From NCBI RefSeq assembly GCF_000497125.1, contig NC_090603.1:124001-188000 (forward strand): 64,000 nucleotides of DNA, written 5' to 3'. The stretch is from Spironucleus salmonicida. Taxonomy: Eukaryota. The first letter of the stretch is position 1; each line of letters begins with the position of its first letter. The notes beneath the pieces were generated by a model, which did no database searches, was not told where the DNA came from, and saw only the letters and a list, made by a program, of their open reading frames with translations. The position numbers were made by a program, and so were the translations under genes. Shown here piece by piece: positions 11,945 to 24,900 of this stretch.

Positions 11945-12737
11945 TCACCGTTATGGATGACCGTTTATAATTTTTAAGAGGCTGGAACAACCAATAGTTG
12001 TCCCTGCTTTGGGTTCATTACTACTATATAGCTGCATGAGACTTGTCCGAGGGCTCTTCATCTAGTAGTAGAAGATAATGCTAAAGTCAAGCAAGGGGGT
12101 GAATCTTATGTCCTATAAAATTTCTCTGCACAGAAGGACGTTGGACTCCTCAAGATGCTTGTTGCAGTCAAAGGTAACCACTGGGTTTGTGGGATCTGCC
12201 TGGTTTTTCATGAACAGCCCGCTTGTCAGCCGGAGCGTTTTGTTGAATGCGGACAGCTCGGCGTACACGCTCTGATTCAGTACGGGATCGTCCAGGGTGG
12301 CAGCATCTGCGAACAGCGTATTCGAATAGTCGCAGCCTGTAGTTTTGGAGCTGATAATGAGCGTCTCGCCTAGTATCTCGCACGTGGCAGCGGTCAGGCA
12401 GTCGTTGCTGTTGAAGCTCAACACCGAAAAATAGGAAAGGGTCTGTTTGATTTCGGCGTCCATGTCCAATATTTAGATTAAAAAGTTCGACTGCCTCGTG
12501 AGAGCGCCTGCCGCTTGCTGTTCCACCGTATCGAATTTTATCTCGACCCGAATATCAGCCAAGTGCTTAAAATTGTAATTTAGCGAACTGGCCGTCTCCG
12601 AATTGGCAAGCTCCACCTGGGCTCTGGCTAGTCGGCCGGAAAGCTGCTAGCACAATTGGAAAGCCCTGGAGTCGTCTGGCGCTAAGTAAGACGCTATGAG
12701 AGTGCCTTCATGTGTGATGGGATTGTAGGTAAAAGTT
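11945..12737 (-). pseudogene. 5'-truncated copy of the membrane-protein family carrying the short alternative C-terminus
   Basis: Matches 59192-59984; lacks ATG and signal peptide, with an in-frame TGA just upstream of the junction. Confidence 0.8.
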
Positions 12738-13820
12738 CAATATGAATATCGAAGCTATTAATTTGTTATACAAACTTGTGCATTTTACACAAGTAAATGT
12801 AAATTGTTAAAACTTATCTGGAAAACGTATGAGTATGGCAGGTTTGTAGCGTAGACCGATAATACCTTATTTTTAAATAGTATAGATAATGCTAGGCTAA
12901 TAATCCTAATGAAAAACTACTACTGATTTAAAATATCATGAATGACATTATTTCGTAAAAGGTACTTAGAATAAGAGCTGCTGCTTGTTAAAACTTATAA
13001 AGTGTCGATTATACTAAAATGATGCTTCTCGGTTTGGTCATGCAACTGCGAAGAGATAATAACAAGGTTTAATATTTTGGTCAAACAATACCAATAAGAA
13101 TATAGTATGAAACCTTCATGCCGGTTATGACATATATAACCTAGAGAGCTACATGATTTCTTGGCCTATAACTCAATATATATTAGCTGAAAATTACTTT
13201 GGTAAGTTCAACTTAATGATTAGGATACAAAATAGTGCAAATAACCTCATTGTTGACGATTAATTGTTTTATAGGAATAACCATGAGATGTGATGTTAGG
13301 CTTATGGGAATATGGTAAATGCTTTGTATTGATAGCAGCAATATAATATCCTGAATTATCACGAGGGCCTTGTAGATCCTAGAATTGCTGATGTATTTTA
13401 AAGATTCAATTTTGTTTATTATTTATATATAATTAATACTATATATTCTCTTTATGATAATCTTGTTATATAATTTGATAACCCTATCACATATAATTTT
13501 TTATATCTTAAAAAATAACATATTTATATAGTATTGTGCAAATGTTTTGAGTTCTATAACTGACAACAAAAATACTTCTACACTGCGTCTAAACTAATAA
13601 ATTAGTTTCCCATTATAAACTAAAATATTGCTACTCTATAGTAATAAATGAGCATTTTGTTTTCTAATTATCTAATTATCGTTATAGAATATTTAAATGG
13701 ATCGATTATTAGTATTTATAAAGTCACACTACATTTTCCAGAAACTAAGAAACAGCTAGAAACTAAATACTTTTGTTATGTTGAAGTTATAATAATATCA
13801 AGTTACCACTTCTTCATAAA

Positions 13821-15554
13821 ATGTCATCCTACATATGCCCTGATAAAAAATGCCCAAACGGTACCGTATGCCCAGATTATGCACCAAGTGGTCAAGATAA
13901 AATGTGTCGTCGTTGCAAGAATTATAATTGTGCCAGCTGCCTATCAGATGGGTTATCGCAATGCATTACCTGCAATTAGGGCTATTTCCTTTAAAATTGG
14001 ACATGCAAGCTTTGCCAAGCCGGTTGCAGAACATGTGAGAACGATTACGAATGCACGAGTTGTCTTTCAGGATATTAACTTAGAGGACGTTCCTGTTATA
14101 AGTGCTCAGATAACTGTATTGACTGCGACAGGTAAGGTGATTGCAATATTTGTCGTCCAGGATTTTTCACTGGAGTTGACCCTGACTGCTATAAATGCGA
14201 TACAGGCTGCGCTAAATGTGTAAACTCAAATAATTGCTCTGTTTGCTTCGATGGCTTCGAACTCATTAAAATGGCATGCAAAGCCTGTCCCATAGGTTGC
14301 AAGAACTGCAGTAATGGAATTTGCATTAACTGTAACTACTCTTATGCTCTAAAAGACGGTCAATGCACTAAGTGCTCTGAAAACTGCGGCAAATGCACAG
14401 CTGAAGGCTCCTGCAGCTCTTGCCAGGATGGAAGCTTCTTGAAAAATGGTATATGCTCGTCTTGCGGCGATAACTGCATGGACTGCAAATCTGAGAATAC
14501 GTGCCGCCTCTGCAAGGAGAGGTACGACATTCAGAGCGGAAAGTGCATATTAAACGAATGCAACAAAGTGAACAAATGCACTGATAAACAATTCTGCGGT
14601 ATTGATCCTACTGGCAACAAATGCGTCCACTTGTCCAAAAACTGTCTCGAGGCTGACATTTCCGGAAAGTGCATTAAATGCACCGCACCCTATGTGGCAG
14701 AAGACGGCAAGTGCGCGTCCTGCGCGGAACACTGCAAAACCTGTATTTCGTCTAAGCAATGCACCGAGTGCTATGATTACTATTTCCTCAAAACCGGTGT
14801 ATGCACCACCTGCTCCGACGGGTGTAGGGTATGCGACAGCCCGACAAAGTGCACGAGGTGCGGCAATGGATATTAGATGGACGGCGATATTTGCCAAAAA
14901 CAGGGTCCCCACGAATGCTCTAGCCCTAGCCCCAGCGCCAAGCCCTGCCCAAGTGGCAAATTCTGCTTATATTACCCCTGGATAAGCACGTGCGAGACCT
15001 GCGCTGAGGGCTGCTCCGCCTGCTCCGATATCAAGTCCTGCACCGCCTGCATAGATGGGTACATGCTGAGCGAGTAAGCGTGCGTCAAACAAATTTGCGC
15101 ATAGTCGAAGCCGTGCGAGTCCGGGTAATTTTGCGAGATGAAATCTACAGGAAATGCCTGCATAAGCTGTCTAAAGGGCTGCGCTACTTGCACAGATTCC
15201 AGCACATGCCGTTAGTGCGCAAAAGGCCATTTCAGTAGCAGAGGGGTCTGCGCACCCTGCGGCCAGAACTGCAAAAGCTGCAGGGATTAAGACCTTTGCT
15301 ACGCATGCCAAAACGGGGCCGAAATGGTCGACGGTCTCTGCGCGCAGCCGGTTTAGAGGATGAGCGGTGGGTCAATCGCCGGGATCGTTGCTGGGTTGGT
15401 TCTGCTTGTAGGGCTCATTGGTGGCGCTATAGCATTTGCGGTCGCGAGGAAGCGGAAGGCACAGCGTTCGGTCTAGGGCGATTTGGAGGTGAAAAAGGAG
15501 AATATCTAGCTTTAAGTAGACGACGACAGCATTTGGAGCAAAGTCTCGAAGTGA
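13821..15554 (+). CDS. Cysteine-rich membrane protein (VSP/CRMP-like), copy 2, 577 aa
   Basis: MSSYICPDKKCPNG...; CXXC repeats; same TM as copy 1; tail RKRKAQRSVQGDLEVKKENIQLQVDDDSIWSKVSK ending AAG-TGA. Confidence 0.88.
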
Positions 15555-16324
15555 TAGTATTTGGTAAAGTTTATTGGTGTGTGATGAGTTAGGAGGTTTA
15601 AGGTACAGGATGAGCTGGGTGGGGAAGTGGCGGCAGAGTGAGAATGAAAAATTGTTGGTGGGTGGTAGGTGTGAATGTGCAGGGGCAGGTCTGGAGCGCA
15701 AGGGATGCAAAATACAAAATTTACTGGCATGATAATTTCACATTCAGCAAGCTTGTTTAACGAGCGGGAGCCGGCAATCGCTGCGATACTTCGAAATAGG
15801 CTCTAGCTTCTAGCGCTATCCCTGAATGCGGTAGGCAGCGCACCCAGGTCTGGTAATATCGGAATACGGAGCGAGTGCATCAGGCATCTGGACCGGAATC
15901 CTGCCGCCATGGTTTGGGCCATATGGCAGCACTCCTCCTTACTGTGTGCAGCAAACAGCCACCCAAAGTAGCAAAGCGGCTAAACACGCAGTTGAAGCAC
16001 GCTGCGCCTAGAAGCTTCGATGGGACTAGTAGCTGGGGCTGGTGGCATTAGGGGTGGCAAGATGGGGCAGTATGCGTGCGCCGGGAACACCCAGGCGCAT
16101 AGTAGCAAGGGGTTATGAAGCCCATGGCGGAGCACGCGTATATTTTTGATCCAGCGCTACCTCTCAGAAGGCTGGCGCCCAAATAAATGGTAAAGGCATG
16201 CCAGTGGTGCGAAGGGTAGGTGGGATTTGCGCGACTCTAGGGATGCTAATTGAATGCCTGCAACGGATTTACCTTAGATGAGTAGGCCACCGATAAGAAT
16301 ATTCGGCTTCCGGTGCTTAACAGT
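15262..16324. repeat. Direct repeat of 2731-3792
   Basis: Near-identical sequence. Confidence 0.92.
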
Positions 16325-19300
16325 AGACACCCTCCACCTTATAGGTCTTAGTGGTGCATCTGACATTGTGTTCAATGCCATTACATGTTGTACTTATCCT
16401 TCAGCTCAGCTTGGAGTAAATCTCTAACCCCGGGAATCGTACTAAGTCACTGGGGGAAAATAGTGACTATGGAGCAGGGAGGTGCACATTTCGAGTGGAC
16501 GCGTTCCGTATCACCCCGGTTGCCAACTATAGAAACCACTATAACATCATAGCTCACCAAGAGCACTAAGTAAAGATCTCTTTGCCATTAGCCAATTCCA
16601 ATCAGCCGGTCAGACAAATTTTTACCAACAGCTCTGAAAATGAACACCGAATATTGACCCCATATTTTCTCATGTTCATTGCATTCCCCAGCAAATCGCT
16701 CTCCCCAGTCTTCCTATTTACCCAGGTCAACAATCCCCACTTCTCCACGTTTCCTTGGTGCGCGGAATCCTGCTCCGTAGTCAGTACCCAAGGTAGCTAC
16801 ACTACAAGGCACATACTTAAAGTTTAAGGGGATTTTTGCACCGCGCAAAGTCGTTCTGGCTGGCTGCGCAGTTCGGGTGGATATTTTGAAGAAGTTGTTT
16901 ACGAGGCAGATGCTATTTGATATGCTAAAGTTGGGCGGCCGGAGCAGATTGCGGGGTTGGTCGGTATATCACATAATTTAGAGTTTCGATCCTTCCCCTT
17001 CCACACACCATCCGAAGCTCACTGGCTACCCAACAGTTACTATGCTTACACGTCGAGCACTCACCACCATCTAAGCCCGCGTAGCGCTAACAATTATCAT
17101 TCACAGACACATGCACCTTTACGTTTCAGAATTTCCATCCGCCAAATCATACCATTTCTAGCACTTCCCACCTGCGCGGAATCGTACTGTGCCAATTTAC
17201 CATATCCGTTGGCCACATTTCGCGGTTGATACAAAGACACAAAACGCTCTAATCGTGGTACGCAGCTGATACATTATTTACCCGTACGTGAATAGTACTA
17301 AGCGCAGTTTTCCTGGACCTGCCGGTAGAGGTCACAGAAGAACGTCTGTCCTCGCGAGTGCCACTATAAATGTGCAGTTACGGCGCCTACCAGAATCACC
17401 GAAGCAGCCGTTGCAGGTGGTCTGGCTGCACCCCTGACCCTTTGATGCAGCGGCTGTAAGGGGAATTCGCACTAATTATCTATGAGAATCTAGGTCGGAT
17501 AATACATGGCTCTGAGCGAGCAATCACAGGTTAATCAGGAGTGTAAACATTGTGGTAGCACATTTTGAGTGCGGGAATGTGGTATTAAATAGTTTGGAAT
17601 AAGAATGTTTCGAAGCCCACTAAATTGTATAAATACATAAACCACAAATGAAACTTTGTGATGCCATATAACAATAGGTTAAACTTTTAATTACGGAAGC
17701 GATAGGGGGAAGAAATGCAGGAGCCGCTTAGTTTTGTATGTGTGAATGCGTGATTGTGGAAGACGGCAGGAGTACAGCAAACTGAGTTGCGCTAGATTTG
17801 CAGACACTGTGTATTTCTGGATGTGGTGTGCATGGACAATAATAGAGTTCGGCATGTATTGACTTGAAATCGCGCAAGTATAGTCTTTTGGTGAGAGGCG
17901 GCGTTTGAGGTATTTAAATACATGAATAGTAAATAAAGCAAGACATATAGAGTTTTATAAACTTTTTATACTTTTCCTATTGTAGTCAAAAATTGAAATT
18001 TTATAAAATAAATATTTTTTGAGATAATAACTATTGGCTAGCACACCTCCAGAAGCCTTACCCTTACTCTATCTGCTTCTATGCAGTGCCGTGCGTGAGT
18101 TTTCTGCGGTTTATCTTGACTAATGCTCTGCCAATAGTTAATTATATACCATATAATATAATTCAGATAAAGCTTTTCGCAATCAAGTTTACGCTACTGG
18201 GATTTCTTAAGGAACTTCAATCTGATACAATGTAGAAGGACGAGATTTTGCGGTTTTGGGAGTCCAAAGAGCTCAGAGAATACATTTCCGCAGCTTTTAT
18301 TTTTTCGAAAATGCAGGGTGGTGGAGTTTGCAATTCAGGAACGTGGGTCAATTGTATTATTATAATAATACTTACACTTAAATCTTATTATTATATAGAA
18401 ACCATAAATTAGTGGAACATGGTCTGCGCGGTATGAATATACGAGCGCTGACACAAAGTTTGGCCTACCATGCTAGTTAATTAATATGCCATTTAAAGTC
18501 AAAAGAAATGAACTGGAAGTATAGAGTGCTAGTTTTAAGGCATAGGTACTTTTCTCACATCGTGCTATGTTACGAATTTAGAGCACGCGTCCAAGCCTCT
18601 CAACGACTCCGAAGTAGTAATACGCGCTAATTTTGCAACCGTACACCGAGGCGGTTGACTCTATCTAGCGGCCGGATGCGCTGCCGAACGGCGGGACAGA
18701 AGACTACCAGCCATTAGGAGGGGGAGTTTGGCGTGCTACCATCATATGTGGGATGCGATGGTTGCTGTTATTGATACGACCGCGCGTCTGGAGTAAGGAG
18801 CTTCCTGGTAGACGCGCATAATCTACTATTGATTGAGGCAGATATCCCTCACGCCAGGTATAATGGCAGAGGAAATATATGAGGGCCCATGTACGATCTA
18901 TCTGCAGTAGAAGCGTTGGACGCAGCACTTATTGAGGCGCACACTTAGTGGGAAGAGCATCCATCAGCGCGGCTTTACAATCCTCGGGCCTTCAACCTCC
19001 ACTCTACCCGAGCGGCGCAGGTCACATAGTCGGCAGTACTGATGGTCCAGTTAGTGGGCCAACTCCTAAACCTCTCACCTTTGCTGTTGGTGACCACAAC
19101 CCAGTACGGCCTTACGAAGTACTTTTGAAAACCGCATATGGTCTAGGCGCTTGCATGACGCGCGTCACACAATCAGAAAAGGATAATTTTGACGGCCCGT
19201 GCACTAGCCCACTGCACTCTTATCTACGCATTGGGCATCACAAGTTGGGAGCGACATCAGCATAACCTTCGTCATTTTCGCGAAACTGATGCAACTGGGG

Positions 19301-20789
19301 TCCGGTATGATAGTGCTTCGGAGTGCCATATAGGCCTAGCCATTAGTAACGCTACTAGACGAAATCATAATACTGAACTTTCGGGCAAGACATTCAGTTT
19401 GCTGGGGGCGTCTTGTAGTTTGGGCGATTGCATTGCGGGTTAACATTTTCGCGCGTGCTGAGCTAGACCTCTGCGCCCGAAATTCCTTCCCTATGATTGC
19501 TCCCGCGGTTACATGCTGACCACAGTACCACTGCAAACTAAAATCTCACTCGAGCTTAATCGTATATGATGCCAGCCCAAAGTTGGCAGCATCCTTTGAG
19601 GAATGGGCATCCGCAGAGACTGGTTGGCGCTGTATGGAGCAATTGCACTCTAGAACTAAAAGTTTGGTCTGCGCATAAGTTCGCCAACTTTGACTTTGTC
19701 CGTGCTGCCTAGTGGGCTGGGCCTTGCACCTTACCACCTCGTTGTTACTACGCTGCTATTTAGGGATGGGGACGGAATAATCGCGTTCCAATCTGGGGTC
19801 AGAACCATACTCGGCGAGTCTGCTTGGCAGGAGAAATCAAGAGTACAATCATTTTAGAGAAATAATAATATCTAGTTGAATATATGCGGTTTACTATGTT
19901 ATATCTAAGATTTGCTATAGTGGATCCTATAGAATCTAATATGTATAAGTCGTCTTAGCTTACAACTAAAATTTTCTTATATTCGTATTTCAATTCCTAA
20001 CTATTCTTCTACTAGCAAGCAATATTTAATACAGTACAAATTAACTTATTTAAATATTCTAGTAATAAGTAGTTTTATCACTTAGCTTTTAGCAATTTCT
20101 ACTCCTATAAAGTAATACAAGGTACAGGTTTGAAGGTTATTGAGTTGTGCAAAGTAATATTGTTGAGTAATTATTATAAAATACTCTTAGCTAAGTTCTG
20201 TCAGCAAACTTTGCACATTTAAGAATTAGGCAAAGATAAGTGACATATAGTAATTACTACTGTAAAACCATTTTCTATTGAGTAAACTTACTTTATGACC
20301 TAATATTGCTCGTACTGCTTTACGAATAAATGAACTTAATAAAACTTAAATAAACAGCAAAGTATGGAATTTTGTCGTCATTTAGTGTTTAACTTATTAT
20401 ACTATAGTCAAATTCTTTGCTCTTAAATATATTTTACTTACACCTAAGAAGTAGTTTTCCACATCCGTAAAATAAACTCAAATAAAATCAAATAAAAATG
20501 TTATACTTATATTATATAATTATTATAATCTACATATTTTTGAAAATAAGCAAGCCTACTTTATATTACCCTTCCTAAATATGATGAGTTTCATGTATTT
20601 AAAAAATCATTTCATTTAGACGACGCTTGTGGCTTGAGTTTTATTTCGGGCATGCGACCAAAAAATTCGTTTAATACTATCCAAAGAATACTAAATGCTT
20701 TCAATAATTATACTTGACTTAATCTTAATATTGAGTTTAACACGGTTTCACTCCTGAGATCAATACGAAAGTATGATCAAAGATTAATA

Positions 20790-21341
20790 TCACTGGGTAC
20801 CTCTGTGGGATACATAGATTCCGTCAAGGAACTTTCTAAGATCTTTATGGCGGATCTTGACCGATTCATGGATCTGGGCGCAGAACATCGAAACGAATTC
20901 AACGTCGTTACCGGTGATGATAAGCTCATCCTTGATCTCCTTAGAGATTTCGATCTTGACACCAGGCTGAGCAGTTATTCTACGGACTTCCTATTCACGG
21001 AGGAAATTACGGATCTCAATAGTAGCACCGTTGTCAACAATGTTGACAGAGATGGGGAAATGGGCATAGGCGAGTCTCATCTTGTAGAGATAACCCTTGG
21101 TCACACCAGTGATCAGGTTCTGGATATGGGCTGTGATGGTTCTGGGAAGAGACTTCTATTAGCCTCTGGGGAACCATACAGTTACGATAACTTCGGCACC
21201 TACCATCTCAAGCTCACAGTGGGTGTGTGCAAAGTCGCGGAACAAGGTACCGCGGGGACCAGTTATGGTCACCTTCTTGCCAACAAGCTCGCACTTGACG
21301 CCTTCGGGGATAGTAATGGTACAGAGGTTCTTCAATACCAT
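20790..21341 (-). CDS. RPL9: 60S ribosomal protein L9 (uL6), 183 aa
   Basis: [62 protein letters not shown]; in-frame TAA TAG read as QQ; ends CAG-TGA. Confidence 0.95.
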
Positions 21342-21943
21342 GACGAGGGAGCGAAAAATTGAAAAAGAAGTGCAAAATCGACTAAACGGCCAAGCTCAAA
21401 TTAGCAGATCATATATTTGCCGATATATTAATGTATAATAATAGGTGTTACTGCCTGAAATAAATATCAATTTTGACTCAATTGAATTCTACGCTCTCCT
21501 GGTTTGTAGCAATATATATTATCATTTATGATCTAAACTCATCATCACGTGTAATAATCTAATTAAGCTAGATATAACTATTATAGCTAAAATTTAAGCA
21601 TAACTTCGTCTTAGCGCACATTGTTACCATCGCATTATTTGTGCATTTTAGCATATAATTCATGATCAATTCTACAAATTTCACTTACCTCCAAGTTTAT
21701 ACGCCCCAATCACATAATAAAGAGGATAAAACTAGCGAATCTTCTCTTTTCGCCTAACTTGAAATTGTCCAACTACGCATATTAAATTGTTATTTACGCC
21801 ATATATCCATCACCATAATCCTCGTTTTCATTCTCCTAATATTTTGCTTCAAAATAATTTAAAATAATAAAACCATACCGTAGAATATAATAATGCATAT
21901 ATTCCTCTAAACAAATTTAAACAAAAAACACTTTAAAAATTTT

Positions 21944-24900
21944 TCACTCCAGCTGCTGCAGACTGTATGTCGCCCTGAAATTCGGATCGGATTTCGCTTG
22001 AATTGACAGTATTTTCTCGCTCGCCAACTGCAGTTTCGGCACTGCGATTCCTCTGTGTTTCGGCGGGAGTTTGGTAACACATGTATCGAACTGCTTTATG
22101 TACAAAACCTGCTTCGGAGAAAGCTCTGTGATATAATCCTCGGTCTATTTTGGTATCGTCAAAGGGGACAGTTGGTCTGTGCTGGAATATTGATTTCCGG
22201 GCTTTGCTTATAGCTAGTTCACCTGAAGCTGCTTTAGGCGCTAATAGTTAGTGGTAGGGACAAATTTGGAGTACTAGCTGCTTCTAGCAGCGTTACCAAA
22301 GAATTTCTTATGCTCCTTGCGCGATTCAAAAAAGCGTCTTACTCCGGTTTGGCTCGTTTGAACTTCAGATAGTTTTGTATTGTCACGGTGATCCCAGTAG
22401 GAGCTTCGCATGTTAAAATACAGTAAGCTGAAGAATACAATAACTAGCGCTATAGATTATAATATAATGGCCAGCGGCGATATTGCATAGCTATTGTTTC
22501 TAGCGATTTAGTAATCGCCAACAGCAGTAATAAACTATGCCCAAATTGCTGACGAAATTAGATTGATACCAAATTCTACTGCCGAGATATGCATCATAAC
22601 CACAACATTTATCACGTTAAAGAAAATTTACGTGCCCAAACTTGAGAAAAAGATGTCATATTGTAGTATAGAATTTATAATTTCCCCCGGGTTTAGCAAT
22701 CCCACGGTAGTATTCACTAAAAATGATGCTAACGATAATCGACCAATTGCTCCAATCTCCCCATATTTCCCTAGAATAAGATCAAATAGATAAAATTGAG
22801 CGCCGTTAAGCAGAATAGCCAGATTTACCATCATCTAACCAAAAATAATGTTCCAGGCTGAAGATTTAGAGAAGTATCCAGAAGCCTAGGAATCTTATAT
22901 GGCATACATCACCTAGGCAAAAATTGGCAGTGCGATAGCAATGAATACTGCTAATTTTTATTGTGATTTGAATCGGAATCCAGCTAAAAATATGCACATA
23001 AATAACGTTACAAGGGGACTTGCTAGCTTATAAATTTGTTCCCCAAAATCCTACGATACCTCTGTCACGGCTTGATACTATACGAAATGAAAAGATAGTT
23101 CAAGCATAGCCGACAGAATGAACAGGAAAAAGTGAGACGGCAGATTATAAAAGAAACGACGATATGTAGGCGCTGCGAACAAGAATAACGTAAGAAGGAA
23201 TGGGATCATTGAAAATATGTTGACTGAAATTTGCATAAAGAAATTGTCTATATATACGTCCTAAATGGCTATAATTATGGCAAGAGCCTGTGAGAGAAGT
23301 ACGAATAACAGATGAGTTCCAATACGCTTAGTTATCCGTTTAATATAAGCTTTTATCCTTCTTTTTTTGCTTCTTGATATATTTATCGCAAATACCAGAA
23401 TAAGAAGCAAGAAAAAACAAATTACCATAGGAAGTATTATCATGAGCAGCAACCGACCAGTTCCAGACTCTAGTTTAATGCATTTCTGAGATACCAGCTT
23501 GTAATTAGACCCGCAGTAATCGCACAAAACCTCGCCTAATTAGCTTTTGAAGCATACACCGTTTTCATCTGTTAGCAGAGGGCAGCAACAGCGTTTAAAA
23601 GATTCTGTCCCGCATTCACAAGTGATAAAACCTTTAGCACAGTTCTAGCAAAAAACTCCGGACCAGCCAGCTTAGCATGCTTAGCATTAAAATGTATCTT
23701 GAATACTAACGCAGCTACCGCGGAATATGTCATTTTGTGGGATAGTGTTTTTGGCACACTGACCAAGAATATTCTACCTATCGGGTTGGCATATAATACA
23801 CTGGTGTTAGCTTAAATCGTAGCTGAGACATGTGCGGTCTGTGCAAGTGGCTATTGACGCATCTTAGTAGCAGTCTCCAGGGAAAATTACGGCGTGCTAT
23901 TTGCATTCTGTTCCAAAGGTATCCTCTACGGAACATTTAGAACAGTTGAACGATTCGTGTAATGGCCCACAGGTATGGCAGTAATCCTCTCCACTATTTT
24001 CTTTGCCGCAGGAATCTGATTCGGCTCTCAAACAATATCTCCCATATATTACGAACTCATCCTAGCACTAAAAGCAGTTACCAGCAATATTGTACCCCGC
24101 CTAACACGCCCCACATTAAATGGTATCACCAGTGTAGAAGCAGTTGCCTTAAATACAGCTTTAACATTTCATCAGACACTTATCAGCTCCTATTATTGCC
24201 TTTTCATTAAGAGGAAGCGTGTTAGAGCTGATGAATCCCACATAACAAACACTGCACTAATTTTTTATATCAAGATCGTACCCCCATGCGCAGTTTACAC
24301 ACAAAGGCATTGCATAGTTATATTAACATTTTTTACAGAAAGTATCTAACGGAATAGCTGCATTATTGTAGCATATCCCAGTAGAAATATCATTTCGATA
24401 ATAACAACTGCCATCTTGCTCTAGTTCCTTGCACTCACCGCACGTAGGTCCAGTGTAGCCCCGATAGCAATCACAAATAAGTACATTATTTAATTAAAAA
24501 CACGACCCATTAGGATTAATTACTTGTGGGTAGCACTTTCTTTCATGGTGAATGAACTATGGAAAACAACTATCGCAGAAGTACGACAGACCATCTTGGA
24601 AGCATTCGCCTGCGCATTCCGGGAGAACACACCTTATCATGCATTTTTAGTTTACTAATATCTTTCCTGGTATACAAGAAACACATACAACAGTTCCTGT
24701 ACTGTCCAGATAACAATCATCTTCGGTTACTTACTTGCGACAAGAGCTTTTGGCAAAAACAAACCCTTCCAAACAAATATTGCATTGTTGACCAGTAAGC
24801 CCTCCGTTGCAAGTAGAGCAGAGAATGCCCTAGAAAGTATGGAAACAAGTACCTTCTGGACAGGTATTACACGGTTTATAGCATCCATCGAGTGCATTTT

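Larger units (their letters stand above)
7957..12737. repeat. Inverted duplicate of 59192-64000
   Basis: Reverse-complement matches throughout; paired track ORFs 8215/63742, 9391/62565, 12469/59460. Confidence 0.93.

Noticed and set aside
20805-21362. 185-aa plus-strand ORF
   Set aside because: Antisense shadow of RPL9
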